From: an uncultured Nitrososphaeraceae archaeon | Lineage (GTDB): Archaea > Thermoproteota > Nitrososphaeria > Nitrososphaerales > Nitrososphaeraceae | Direction of reading: 5' to 3' | DNA length: 64,000 nucleotides | Assembly: GCA_963779615.1 (NCBI GenBank) | Contig: CAVZZA010000003.1 | Coordinates: 1,024,001-1,088,000 of the forward strand | Part shown: positions 11,312 through 22,671 of the stretch, piece by piece | Position numbering within the stretch: the first letter of the stretch is position 1 | Layout: the number at the start of each line of letters is the position of its first letter | Position numbers and translations under genes: made by a program | The notes under the pieces: generated by a model | Databases searched by the model: none | What the model saw: only the letters and a program-made list of their open reading frames with translations | Told to the model about the DNA's origin: nothing

Positions 11312-12253
11312 TTATTGGGACTCCAACAAAAAAATTGTTTTGCAAACAGAGCAAACTTCATTGGTGGAGGTACTACCACATTTTAAACAGGTCCTTTTTA
11401 AATATGGGGACAAGTTTTGATTTGAGTCCCTTATCATTTTAGAAAGCTTATTTACAGAAGCATAACAATTATACTTTATCCCGGGGTGAGTTTTTTCTAG
11501 ATCATTGAAAAATTCACGAAAATTCGATCTAATACTCTCATTCATATAAGGACATTGTTCTGCCTGAAACTCGATTCCTGAAAGAAATGCATAAAATACG
11601 ATCTCATTTTCATAAAGCTCCAAGAAAGGTTTTATTTTTTTTAATCCGCTATCATATTCTATAGGTGTCGGATACATCCATCCGATCCTATCTGCATCGC
11701 CAGAAATTAGATTTATCATAAAGGTTTGGATGTGATCATCAAGATTGTGTGCAGTTGCCATTAAATCAGCATTAACAGATTTTGCGGCAATATCAAGCGC
11801 TCTTCTTCTAAAAGCCCCACATATTGAACATGAACTGAATTTTTTTTTTGAAGATCTCTTAAGCATTGCCTCATCCATGCTCATTCCAAATAACTCTTTA
11901 TAGCTAAAAATCTTAAATGGGATATTAATTTTCTCACAGTGATTTTTGACCATATCAAGAGACTCATCACGATAATTTTCTATGCCTTCATCTATAGTTA
12001 TTGCTACAACATCATTGTCATTGCTCTTTTTTAAGATTTTTTTTAAAACAGACAAAAGTGTGAGGCTATCTTTCCCTCCAGACACCCCTACAGCTATACG
12101 TTGCCCATAGCCGATCATAGAGTATTTAGAAATTGTATGCAATGTCTTAGTTTCAATCGAATTCAAAAAGCAGGATTTACACAAGAGCTCTCCAGAATAT
12201 GCCCTCTTAAATACACTAGCATTTTCATTACATTTACTGCAATTGATCAACAA
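11312..12253 (-). CDS. tRNA 2-thiolation protein (NcsA/TtuA/Ncs6, TIGR00269 type)
   Basis: PP-loop SGGKDS, CSICG, HNLDD, QCPY and terminal CxxC pairs. Confidence 0.9.
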   Translation of the reverse strand: MLINCSKCNENASVFKRAYSGELLCKSCFLNSIETKTLHTISKYSMIGYGQRIAVGVSGGKDSLTLLSVLKKILKKSNDNDVVAITIDEGIENYRDESLDMVKNHCEKINIPFKIFSYKELFGMSMDEAMLKRSSKKKFSSCSICGAFRRRALDIAAKSVNADLMATAHNLDDHIQTFMINLISGDADRIGWMYPTPIEYDSGLKKIKPFLELYENEIVFYAFLSGIEFQAEQCPYMNESIRSNFREFFNDLEKTHPGIKYNCYASVNKLSKMIRDSNQNLSPYLKRTCLKCGSTSTNEVCSVCKTIFLLESQ

Positions 12254-12325
12254 TATAATAAAAACAAATAGGCATGCCGTTTAAAAGTTTAATAAAAATA
12301 AAAACAAAAATAAATGTGAATCGTT

Positions 12326-12835
12326 TTAGGGATTGTTGGAAAATGATTTGGCAAATGAAATCCATGCATTAAAAGTATTTGTACTATAATCATTATAGGC
12401 GTCGATTGCTTTATTGTAAATTTTTAGGTTTTCTCGTGTGTTATCTATCGTGTCAAAATTATAATTATTGCTAGCGTTAAAAGCGTTAACAAAATTATCA
12501 ATATTTTCGCTTGATTTTTTGAATAGTTGTTGATATGTTTCATTTGGCTGGGATTGTGACACATTGACAAATTCCCTTATGAAACGTTTTTGGTGAGAGA
12601 TGGTTTTATTAATTGTATCCTTGGCCGCCTGAATAGCATCCAATTGAAAATCAGACATGGACTGTAAAAATCTTGGTTGAATTTTAACATATTCATCAAT
12701 TGACTTAATCAAATTCTCCTTTATAGCATCAAGAGTTTTTGCCATTGTTTGCTCGGTTAAATTAATATAGGTATTTGAATTTTTTTGCACATTTTCAACA
12801 TTACTCGAACTCTTTAGGTCATTGGAATGGCTCAT
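12326..12835 (-). CDS. Helical hypothetical protein, possibly phasin-like
   Basis: 169 aa, N/Q/S-rich and amphipathic-helical, no Cys; family is inferred only. Confidence 0.6.
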   Translation of the reverse strand: MSHSNDLKSSSNVENVQKNSNTYINLTEQTMAKTLDAIKENLIKSIDEYVKIQPRFLQSMSDFQLDAIQAAKDTINKTISHQKRFIREFVNVSQSQPNETYQQLFKKSSENIDNFVNAFNASNNYNFDTIDNTRENLKIYNKAIDAYNDYSTNTFNAWISFAKSFSNNP

Positions 12836-12870
12836 AACATATTAACAATATAATCCTTTATAAACTTATA

Positions 12871-12921
12871 CAGAAAAAACCTTTATTTTCCAGAAAAAGC
12901 CTTTATTTTCCAGAAAAAACC
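12871..12921. repeat. 20-bp tandem repeat, about 2.5 copies
   Basis: CAGAAAAAACCTTTATTTTC CAGAAAAAGCCTTTATTTTC CAGAAAAAACC. Confidence 0.9.
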
Positions 12922-12946
12922 ATAAATTGGCTACAACAAAAAAAAA

Positions 12947-13375
12947 TTAAATTTTTGTTCCGCAGTTTGCGCAGAACTTTTGTGAGTCCCCAGCTTGGGT
13001 ACCACAGTTGGTACAGAATTTACCGCCTCCTGTGCTAGAACCATCATAAGATGCTTGGATTGTTCTTTTCTTACCTTTTGTACCGGCAGCAAAGAATGCA
13101 GCTGCAACTCCCCCTATAATTACCCCTATTATAATCATCAGTATCAATGAATTATCAAGATTGGAGCCAAACATTGCAGTACCAGAACCATATGCACCCT
13201 GTTGTTGAGCATTTGAAATCTTTTCTTTTGCTAATTGAAGCTGTTCCTCAAGGGTTACTCCCCCTTGACCGGATGGAGCAGAATACTGTGCGAATGCAAT
13301 ATTGAGAGAGGGTACCACCACTAAAGCGCCTAGTACCAATGAAAAAGCGGCCATCATTGAATGAGCCTTGTTCAT
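12947..13375 (-). CDS. Membrane protein with C-terminal double zinc ribbon
   Basis: Signal-like N-terminus, TM segment, FCTNCG...FCANCG. Confidence 0.8.
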   Translation of the reverse strand: MNKAHSMMAAFSLVLGALVVVPSLNIAFAQYSAPSGQGGVTLEEQLQLAKEKISNAQQQGAYGSGTAMFGSNLDNSLILMIIIGVIIGGVAAAFFAAGTKGKKRTIQASYDGSSTGGGKFCTNCGTQAGDSQKFCANCGTKI

Positions 13376-13999
13376 ATTAAAATTTACTCAATTAGGAATT
13401 ATATAACCTTTATGTTAATCAACAATGCGCTTCTGCAAAGTAATGTTATGAAACATAAGCCCAAGCCCTTCTATATACGCATACGAAGTAAGCATTAAAA
13501 CAAACATAGAACAACCCAAAGTATATGAGGTTGTAACATCCATATTTTTTAACAGTTTTTCAATAGCAACACAAAATTTAGTGATAATTTCATAGTGATG
13601 ATAAATCAAATTTGTTGATTTTGAACATTCGCATAGACACGCAAGAGAAAGCAAATAAAAAACCCCTATTGGATGCGCCATCTGCAAATAAAAACATGGC
13701 AATTCGTTGCATAACGAATGTAATAAATTATTGAAACTCGATCACTATTTTCGTTTTCGTTGGAGAAAACCAGAGATAAAAGAAAAAACTCGGTTCATTG
13801 AAGATAAGTTGGAGCACCCAGCGGGTGTTGCTTTACATGCAACATTTTTTTTTATGTACAAAAATAGAAACCAATTGCCCAATTAACCTGGTAAATCTTT
13901 TTTTGAAATTACATAACAAAGGGACGAATGTCAAGATACGGTCCCGTAAAAAAATAATAACATTTAAGACATGCAATTTTTTATAAGAAATAGAGAGAA

Positions 14000-14446
14000 A
14001 TGGCGCGAACTCATGCTCACACACATGGAAAATCCCACACCATTAGACCCACCTCAAAAAATGCACCATCATGGACCATTGCAAATGAAGACATAATATC
14101 AAAAATAGTAGATTTTGGGAAGGAAGGACTAACCGCAAGTGAAATTGGCCTAAGACTTAGAGACGAATTTGCAGTTCCATTGGTAAAACCAATAATAGGA
14201 AAAACCATTACTCAAATTCTAGAGGAAAATAATATAAACAAGTCTATGCCTGAGGACCTAGAACGACTTGTTCGCAAGGCCTTGGGTTTACAAAAACATT
14301 TGTCCATTCATAACAGCGATAAAAGAAATGTAAGAGCATTGGAACTTATTGAATCAAAAGTCCACAGATTATCAAGATATTACAAGAAAAATGACAAAAT
14401 ACCCAAAGACTGGAAATACAAATCAGTAATTGCAAAACTAGAATAA
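14000..14446 (+). CDS. rps15: 30S ribosomal protein S15 (uS15, archaeal type)
   Basis: MARTHAHTHGKSH, PEDL, IESKVHRLSRYYK. Confidence 0.96.
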   Translation: MARTHAHTHGKSHTIRPTSKNAPSWTIANEDIISKIVDFGKEGLTASEIGLRLRDEFAVPLVKPIIGKTITQILEENNINKSMPEDLERLVRKALGLQKHLSIHNSDKRNVRALELIESKVHRLSRYYKKNDKIPKDWKYKSVIAKLE

Positions 14447-14450
14447 TAGT

Positions 14451-15891
14451 ATGGGGGTTAAAGAACTAAAAAATAATTTATTCAGTAAAAGTCAAAAACT
14501 AATAAAAGAAATAGAGCAAAAGAAAGACATTTTCATTCTTGCAAATTCCACCATTGATGGAATATTAAGTGGATCCATTATTTTAAAGTCTATATTTAAC
14601 AATATGGGAAATGCAACAATACGGTGCTCCTGTAAAAAAATCAAAGACACTCTATCTGAGATAATCGACGAAAAACATGAATTTTACATTTTTACAGATT
14701 TTGATTCAAATGCGATTGACAATGTTAACAAATCATTTAACGAAGGCAATTATCTCTTTATTAATATCGATAAGATCACCAAATCAGATAATCTAACCTA
14801 CGAAAATATCATAAACCCATGGCTGTTCAATGTGAATGGAAAAGAAGAAATTAGTTCGGCCGGTTTAGCTTATTTTTTAATTAAAAACTTTGATAGAAAT
14901 TTCAATAATTTATCACAACTACCAATAATTTCAGCAATTTCAAAGGATCAGGATATTGGGGAAAATCAGATCATTGATAAGCTTAAACAATGAAATTTTA
15001 CAAGTATCCATAAATGAAAACATAATAGAACAAAAGAAAGGATTGACCATTTCTGAGATAGAGACAACCCCTATAACAGATGTTTTGGAAAACAACATGA
15101 TCCATTACATAAAAGAAATAACATGGAACAAGGAATCAAGTTTAAAGATAATCAAAGATTCACATTTATCCCCTAGTAAAAAAGGGAACAGAAAACTGTT
15201 TAACGAACTAGACGAAAAAGAATCCATCCAGTTAGTTGAGTCAATCGAAGGATTCTTGCAGGAAAATTCAAAATCAAATAATAAAAAAACAATTAAAGAT
15301 GTGCTATTTGGGTATAGATATATCCTGATTAACGAAGAAAATGAGGGCTTATTGAAAAACTCTAGGTCTTTTGTAAAGGTAATGGAGTCCTTGTTAAATG
15401 CACAGAAAACCGGACTTGCTTTAGCGCTATGCCTAGGCGACAGAGGGGAAATATTAAAAGATGTGCATGACATAATTACAGAATACAACAATCTGATAAG
15501 GAAAATAAGTTCCCAACTTTTTGGCGAAAAGTGGAGATTTTATGACAACAAAGAAACAATATTCATTAACGGCGAAGGAATCCTCGACGATCAAAATGTC
15601 AAGTCATTTATTTCATTTCTTGAAAACTCAGTTTCATTTGGCGACAGGCTAATATGCGTAAGGCTGCTGGATTCCGAAGAATTTTATAAATTCATAATAG
15701 CAAAAACAAAGTTTTGTAATTTTAATTTAATGAACATAGAGGAAAAAGTAACACAGGGAACGTTTGATAAAGGGGATGTTAAAATCATTGATAAAACCAA
15801 GATAGAAATTAAAATTTCAGCCAGTAATTTAGAAGACTTTTTATCAACTATAAAAAAAATAATCATAGATGGAAAAATTTCCCAATCTTAA
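14451..15891 (+). CDS. DHH/RecJ-like (GAN/Cdc45-related) protein with degenerate motifs, frameshift near 14965
   Basis: Position between rps15 and pcc1; IDG motif I, INPW, EISSAGLAY, ALCLGDRG; DHH replaced by DKI. Confidence 0.75.
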
Positions 15892-16147
15892 TATCGACGC
15901 CACCATTGAAATAGAGTGCAAAGACAATAAGGAATCAAAGGTAATTTATGATTCATTGGTGCCGGATAACATAAATTTTCCAAAAAACTTGGAACTTGAA
16001 ATGAAAACAATCAATTCCTTAATTTTATTAAAATTAAAATTTTATTCAGATATTGGAAAAGAAAACAGCACAGGGGCCCTGTTAAACACAGTTGATGAAA
16101 TATTGGAACACATAGGAATCATTAAAAATGTGATAAAAAATGATTGA
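15869..16147 (+). CDS. KEOPS complex subunit Pcc1-like
   Basis: IYDSLVPDN and LLNTVDEILEH; typical size and gene context. Confidence 0.7.
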   Translation: MEKFPNLNIDATIEIECKDNKESKVIYDSLVPDNINFPKNLELEMKTINSLILLKLKFYSDIGKENSTGALLNTVDEILEHIGIIKNVIKND

Positions 16148-17484
16148 TCCAAAAGTATTAAGAGAAATTCCAAACTCCATTAAAGAATTGGTATTCAAAA
16201 GGAACATGGAGTTTCCTTTAGATGAACTTTTAAAGTTAGACAAAAAAAGAAGGCACCTTATAACAGAATTACAAGTTGCAAATCATAATAAAAATTTAAT
16301 CGCCAAAGAGATTGCAGCAAAAAGAAAAAGCAATCAGGAGACAACCAATCAAATTCAGGAAATGAGTCAGATAGGTGAAAAAATAAAAGCATTAGAAAAA
16401 GAAAATAGAGAAAATGAAGAGAAGATACAAAAAACTTTTACACAATGTTCCTAACTTTTTTCACGATTCAGTCCCCATCGGAAAAGATGAAAACTCCAAT
16501 AGAATAATCAAGATTTTCAACAAAAACGAATCATTGGAAAATTTGGATATTGGCTATCATGATAAAACAAGCATGCAGAAGACCCCCGATACAACCCACA
16601 CAGCATCACAAATAAAAAACCATGTCCAAATATCAAATGAGTTAGATCTACTGGACTTAGAAAGAGCTGGAAAAATAGCTGGAGCTCGTTTCTTTTTTTT
16701 AAAAAATGATCTGGTGAGGCTGGGACTAGCTTTAACCAGTTTTGCGGTAGACCATTTGACTGAAAGAGAATTCTCAATAATACAACCCCCATACATGATA
16801 AAAAAAGAAGCGATGGAAGGTGCGGTAATTTTAAGTGATTTTGAAGAAACTATTTACAAAATTGAAAATGAAGACTTGTATATGATAGGAACATCCGAGC
16901 ACCCCATTGCGTCCATGCACATGAACGAAATTTTAGATGGGAAAAAACTTCCATTGCGATATGCGGGCATTAGTCCATGTTTCAGAAAAGAGGCTGGAGC
17001 CCACGGTAAGGACATGAAAGGAATCTTCAGGGTTCACCAATTTGAAAAAGTAGAACAATTTGTTTTTGCTGAACCAGAAGAATCCTGGAACGAGCACGAG
17101 AGATTATTGAGCACAACAGAAAAATATTATGAAGCTTTGGGAATACCATTTAGAACGATAGTTTTATGTTCTGGTGACCTAGGAAAAGTTTCCGCAAAAA
17201 CTTATGACATAGAGGCGTGGTTTCCAGCTCAAAATGCATATAGGGAAATTTGCTCTTGTTCTAACTGTACAGATTATCAATCCAGAAGCCTCAAGATAAG
17301 ACACAGAAATAACCCAAATGAAGATACGACTCTTGTTCACACATTGAACAGCACGTTGGTGGCAATACAAAGAACAATGGTAGCAATAATTGAAAACTAT
17401 CAGACTGAGAAAGGAACGGTAAAAATTCCACAAGTGTTGCAAAAATATATGAATAACCAAGAAGAGATTGGTCACAAAACGTAA
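16140..17484 (+). CDS. serS: Serine--tRNA ligase, frameshift near 16430
   Basis: MIDPKVLR, GTSEHP, FRKEAG, FRVHQFEKVE, SCSNCTDYQ, HTLNST. Confidence 0.96.
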
Positions 17485-17579
17485 ATATATGTTTTTTTTA
17501 CGTTGCTTCACAAGTTTTTCCAGGTTTAACCATCATCTTTTTTCTAAAAAGGAAACCAAAATGTATATATTTTAGTTAT

Positions 17580-17870
17580 ATGGCTCATAGTATAATGAGC
17601 TTGTTAAGCATATTTTCTCAAACAAGTAGTATGTTCCAAAACGTAGGCTTGCAAATTGGTCCACAATATGATCCACTATTTTACGATGTAATGATATACA
17701 TATTTGGAACAATGTTATTTGCAGTATTTTTACTTGCGGTAATTTCATTCTGGCTAAGAAGAAAAGGTCTTGGTGGCAAATCTGCAAAAGAGAGATGGAC
17801 CCAAGAGCTAGAAAAGTATTTCCAAAAAGAGCAGATAGGCTTAATACCTGACGAGACACACCACTGGTAA
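17580..17870 (+). CDS. Small membrane protein
   Basis: One TM segment followed by RRKG. Confidence 0.65.
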   Translation: MAHSIMSLLSIFSQTSSMFQNVGLQIGPQYDPLFYDVMIYIFGTMLFAVFLLAVISFWLRRKGLGGKSAKERWTQELEKYFQKEQIGLIPDETHHW

Positions 17871-17935
17871 TAATATAAAAAGGGATTACCCTTTTTTTTA
17901 ATCATTTTTTAATTAAATAGCTCGTTATCAAAGGT

Positions 17936-18526
17936 TTGTATCAAATCAGGATTAACCATACAGGCCTTTCAACTGGAGAAATAGAAGCGATAAATAACCT
18001 TTTTTCCAAATACACCATTCTTGAACCTAAAACCGATCATGATTTTGAGTATGCAAGCATTTTAGAATTTGAATTCATTAAACATAACCAAATCGCGTTT
18101 TTTGATTTTATCTCAATCGATAAATGGGCTTTTTTGATAGAAATAATCAAAAACATCAAAAAAAGAAGGGGAAAAAAAGGGTTAAAATTCAAATTATCCA
18201 TCACAGAGGTCAATAAGCACAATGGCAGCAATAGCTGTTATGATGAAGAACCAGTTGTTTTAAAAAAAATAGTTTTTTTATTGAACCACAGAAATGATTT
18301 GGATTTTATCAAGGGACTAGAAAGAATCGAAATAACGATAGAAAACTTTACTGAGACGGATAATTTTCAAAAAATACAAGAAAAAGAAGAACAACCAACA
18401 AATAACAGACCCATTGAAAAAAATAAAAGAAAGCATGAAGAAACGGAAAGAATTGAAGGCGGGGGATCAATAATTTTTACATATGACGAATATAAAAGAA
18501 AATGGATTAGATCCACTTTGCAATAA
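17936..18526 (+). CDS. Hypothetical protein
   Basis: 196-aa ORF, no family recognised. Confidence 0.6.
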   Translation: MYQIRINHTGLSTGEIEAINNLFSKYTILEPKTDHDFEYASILEFEFIKHNQIAFFDFISIDKWAFLIEIIKNIKKRRGKKGLKFKLSITEVNKHNGSNSCYDEEPVVLKKIVFLLNHRNDLDFIKGLERIEITIENFTETDNFQKIQEKEEQPTNNRPIEKNKRKHEETERIEGGGSIIFTYDEYKRKWIRSTLQ

Positions 18527-18748
18527 ACCCATAGCACACGCAAAAATAAAAAATGCGTTAGATCTCAAATCAAACAGAATTACCTAATAAAAAATAAATG
18601 TGATGATGCGTTGTTATTGATTTTGTAAACCAATGGCATTCACCCAATACAAGCATTCACTAAAAATCATGTAAAAGTAAACAAACAAAAGGTCAAGCTT
18701 GCACCAAAATTTAGGCCAATCCAAACGGTATAGACAGTTTACAGACAG

Positions 18749-19222
18749 TTGAAACCACAGGAACTAACACATTTTAAGTTTGCAACCAACAGCAACATAA
18801 TAATACACAAAACTAAAAAAACGGCAAAAAAAAACAAACACATGTTGCGTAAAAATAAGGATGAGGGCAAAAATATTGATTTATCGATCACAGAAAAAGA
18901 AACCAATGGAAAGAAAGAGATTGACGGGGAAATAATAATAAACTACCCTGGCAGGTTTGACAGCATAAGCATAAATTCACAAATAGAGGACTCGTCAGAC
19001 GTTTTTACTTATATTGAAATTAATAACAAAAAAATAGATCATCCCTATGCAAGACTATCAATTTTCAAAAAGGAGATTCAAGACCACAAAACAATTAAGT
19101 TCAAGGCGTTTACAAATCACACACCCAAAAATAATGAATCAAACGTAAAGTTCAGGGCAACACTAATCCAAGAACACAAAGAAATAGCATCGGATATAAA
19201 GTTCATTAAAATTAAAAAATAA
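18749..19222 (+). CDS. Hypothetical protein (start probably 18842)
   Basis: Beta-rich ORF with KFRATLIQEHKE. Confidence 0.6.
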   Translation: MKPQELTHFKFATNSNIIIHKTKKTAKKNKHMLRKNKDEGKNIDLSITEKETNGKKEIDGEIIINYPGRFDSISINSQIEDSSDVFTYIEINNKKIDHPYARLSIFKKEIQDHKTIKFKAFTNHTPKNNESNVKFRATLIQEHKEIASDIKFIKIKK

Positions 19223-19234
19223 ACAGGAAATTTC

Positions 19235-19708
19235 CTAACTGAAGTTTTTTTCGATGGTCACTTTACCAGTCATCCAGGGATGAGGCTCACAATGATAAAG
19301 ATATTCCCCATCTTGAGTGAAGGTATACTCAAATGTGCCTTTTGCGGGAATTAGGCCTACAGAAGACAATGAGTCAAATTTTCCGTTTATTGGGTCCACG
19401 TAATTATTGTCTGTAGAAACGGTGTGAGGCGTCACATCATCGTTTGTCCACACAACTTTATTCGATACACCCAGCACGCCCCTTGCCACCTTGGGTTCAA
19501 AATTCTTTGTTTGTGATGGCTGGGAGGAGCCAGCATCTATTGAAACCTTAACTGCTTGAGCGGGATTTAGAATTTCTTTAGATACTTCAGGCTTTGCGCT
19601 TAAAGTAGGCAAGAACACAAATTGATAATACGATAAACTAACAACCACAACCACTATAAAGGAAACAATACTAATGCCACCAATTTGATAGTTTTTGACT
19701 TTTTGCAA
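19235..19708 (-). CDS. Membrane-anchored cupredoxin (plastocyanin-like), probable complex III third subunit
   Basis: WTNDDVTPHTV and YHCEPHPWMTG type-1 Cu ligands; downstream of cytochrome b. Confidence 0.9.
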   Translation of the reverse strand: MQKVKNYQIGGISIVSFIVVVVVSLSYYQFVFLPTLSAKPEVSKEILNPAQAVKVSIDAGSSQPSQTKNFEPKVARGVLGVSNKVVWTNDDVTPHTVSTDNNYVDPINGKFDSLSSVGLIPAKGTFEYTFTQDGEYLYHCEPHPWMTGKVTIEKNFS

Positions 19709-20371
19709 TCAAATTTTAAAAGCAATCAACATAATAAATATTTTTATTATTCAATGGATTGTGTTCACTTGACTATCCATCCACAGGTAATGTTCCATTT
19801 TATCAATTACCTCTGGTATCAACACCCACTTTCGTTGGGGCAGGCATACGATTGATTGCGCTTTAATATGCAAATGTTCATAAATTGAGGGTATTGGATT
19901 CCTACATATCAATTGTTTTACCTAGTAAAGATTATCGCACACAATGCGAAATCGCAAGTAAAAAAAAGAAAATACCAGTAAAAAAACAATTAAAGTTATA
20001 CTTTTTATGGAGCAAAGATATGGCTCTACTACTCAAATACAATTTTATCGTCATAGCTACTATGTGGTCTTTTACAAATTGTGTTATAGAATTTACTGAC
20101 AAATCATATTCAGGTTAATAATATCTAACACCTTTGTTTATGCAAGCCCACACATTGTGGCAAATATACTAGCAAAGCATAAATGAACATGCCCACAATA
20201 GTCTTCATTTTTTAAATAGAGACAAGCAAGTCATCACCGTAACCGATAGATTAGAAATTATGTCGGATCTAAAAAACTGATAGACTCAAGCAACATAGAA
20301 TAATAAAAATATAACCTCAATTTAGTTTCATAGCAAAACAATAAAAAATTTTGATTGTTTTTTATAAATAA

Positions 20372-21998
20372 TCAGGATGAGGAGGTGGAGGATGCTGTTG
20401 AGGATGTGGAGGATGCTGTTGAGGATGTGGAGGATGTGGAGGATGTGGAGGATGTGGAGGATGCTGTTTTAATCTCTGGAGCTTTTAGTGATTCAGCCTC
20501 TTTTGTTGTTTTATCAGATAGTGAAGAGATACCGGATCCTGCCAATGCTTCCTTCTTTAATGGTTCTTTCCTGAGCAATTTATTTCCAAAAGAGGGTAAG
20601 CCAGGACGGTATTTTCTGGAAGACACAACCTCTACATTTGATTTTGGAATATTTTTACTGTATCTGTAAAGATGGAACATCCCCGCAAAAACTAGCATTA
20701 TTATACCGACCAAAAACAAAGAAAAGTTTTTCATCCCAGTTAACAATGCGTAGTAGGTTGCAATATTCAAATACACCTGGAATCCTATCAAACAAACAAA
20801 TATGATATAAAGCCATTTTTCAGGTAATTGTATTGGGCTTTTCTCGGGGGATTTCTTTTGGTTTTTAGCATTCGTTTCAGCATTTTTGGCAATTTTTATC
20901 ATCATGTAAGTGAATGCAAAAGACAATGGAACTATCAACGCCATGACGGTATAAAGAAAAATAGGATCTATCACCAATCGGTCTAGCAAAGACTTTGTCC
21001 TATCAGGATCTATGTAAAAACCCCAATAAGTTGTTACCATTATCTGAGCTATGCTCGTTATACCCAATGCAGACTATGATGGGTCTATCCTTCCAGGAGA
21101 ATTTTTTATATTTGTCTATAAAGGGCATGATTAGCAGCGTTAGAATAAAGAGTCCAGGCCAGGCCACCCCAGTTGTAAATTTATCAAATCCACTTCTTAA
21201 AAACGCGTATAGTCCTGTAAGATACCACTCTGGAACTGTAATTCCGGGCGGAACGTTAGGGTCAAATTTGAGTCCCATGTCTACAGGGAACACACCACCA
21301 GTTAGCATTATAGCCCCAGATACAGCCATAACCATAGGAACATCAAATACTAGGAATCTAGGAAAATGCACTACCATTAACCCCAATAACACTATGGGTA
21401 AAAAGAACACATGAAAAGCATAGAATCTAAGTATAAAATCATGGAAACCTGCGCCAAAAAACGCTTGCATCATATCGGGCCCTAATATAGGAATCGAGTT
21501 CGTCAGCGATGCCGCAATCGAAATAGCTAATTCCGCCCGCTCGCTAAAAATGATATCATATCCAGTAAAGGCTTCAAGAATGGTTAAAACTCCTAAAATT
21601 ACACCGGTTACCCAAAGCATTTCATTTCTAATCTTGTACCTGCCACTGAAAAATTGATAATACATATGCAAAATAGCCAGCATAACCATTGCATTAGAGG
21701 CATGATAGTGGATATTACGCATATGAAAACCATATGGAATGGTATCGTTTATTTTATCCACACTATCCCAGGCCCTATTAAGAATTGGTTCATACCACAG
21801 CATCAAAAGGGCACCCGTTATGCCCAGAATAATGAAAATTACAAAAGTCAACATACCAAGGAATCCAAGGGGACTTACAAACTTGGCATGGAAATGTAAA
21901 CTTTAGATCCCATGAAAATGGTACGATCGAAACCGGCAGTAAATCCACTTAAATAGCCTTACTAGGCTGTTGTCTTGACTATGTAAGGTAGCGCCCAT
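20372..21998 (-). CDS. petB: Cytochrome b of complex III, frameshifts near 21900 and 21060
   Basis: RNIHYHASN, AILHMY, FTGY, FYAFHVF, PEWY motifs. Confidence 0.93.
20388..20468. repeat. In-frame 9/12-bp tandem repeat (GAGGATGTG / GAGGATGCTGTT)
   Basis: Encodes the S/T-rich C-terminal tail of cytochrome b on the minus strand. Confidence 0.9.
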
Positions 21999-22596
21999 AT
22001 CCTACCACTCCATTTCCTGACGGACTCCAATTAGGCGGCTTTATCCAAACATCACCCTTATCATCCACCTCCAGATCCAACATGGGTAAAACATTTGAAG
22101 GGGGTGCCTGCAATGCATGCTGGACCTGCAAATGCCAATCCATTCATTGGATCATACATGGAACCATGACATGGACATTCACCACGTTTTCTTCCATCTT
22201 CTGGCCAATATTTCCATAGACACCACAAATGCAAGCACACCATACTATACATGCGAAAAGCAGTACGAATCATTTTTATCCCCACCCAATTCTGCAGGAA
22301 GACTTATAAATTGCCAGGTTCTAAATGCCTCTTCATTTAAAACAGGATCATCAGTCTTAGGGATAAATAACTGCTTCAGAGTAATTGACCTTAAATGTTT
22401 TTACATTTGCTTGAGAACCATCAGGCAGCATAACTTTTGCCCTCTCACCACTAGCTTCTTTGGGATTGGGCAAAAACTTTCCCCAGTCAACAAACGGAGT
22501 AAAAGTCATGACAGTCCCTGCAGCAGCAAGCAATTTTAAGAAATCCCTACGTGAAATCTTTCCTCCACCAATATTAGGAGGTTGATGCTGAGCCAT
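21979..22596 (-). CDS. petA: Rieske iron-sulfur subunit of complex III with Tat signal, several frameshifts
   Basis: SRRDFLK Tat motif, CLHLWC, CPCHGSMY; ends GNGVVGYGRYLT* and overlaps the petB start. Confidence 0.9.
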
Positions 22597-22671
22597 TATG
22601 ATGACAAAATGCGACTAACATATCTTATAAATCTATTTGATATTATTTCATCTGTCCAAATCCGATAGAAT

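Noticed and set aside
13415-13990. ORFs or ncRNA between the zinc-ribbon gene and rps15
   Set aside because: ORFs look random; no complete C/D box pair or convincing structure found.
20355-20669. Plus-strand ORF with acidic VEDAVEDVED repeats
   Set aside because: Antisense shadow of the petB Ser/Thr tail; no independent support.
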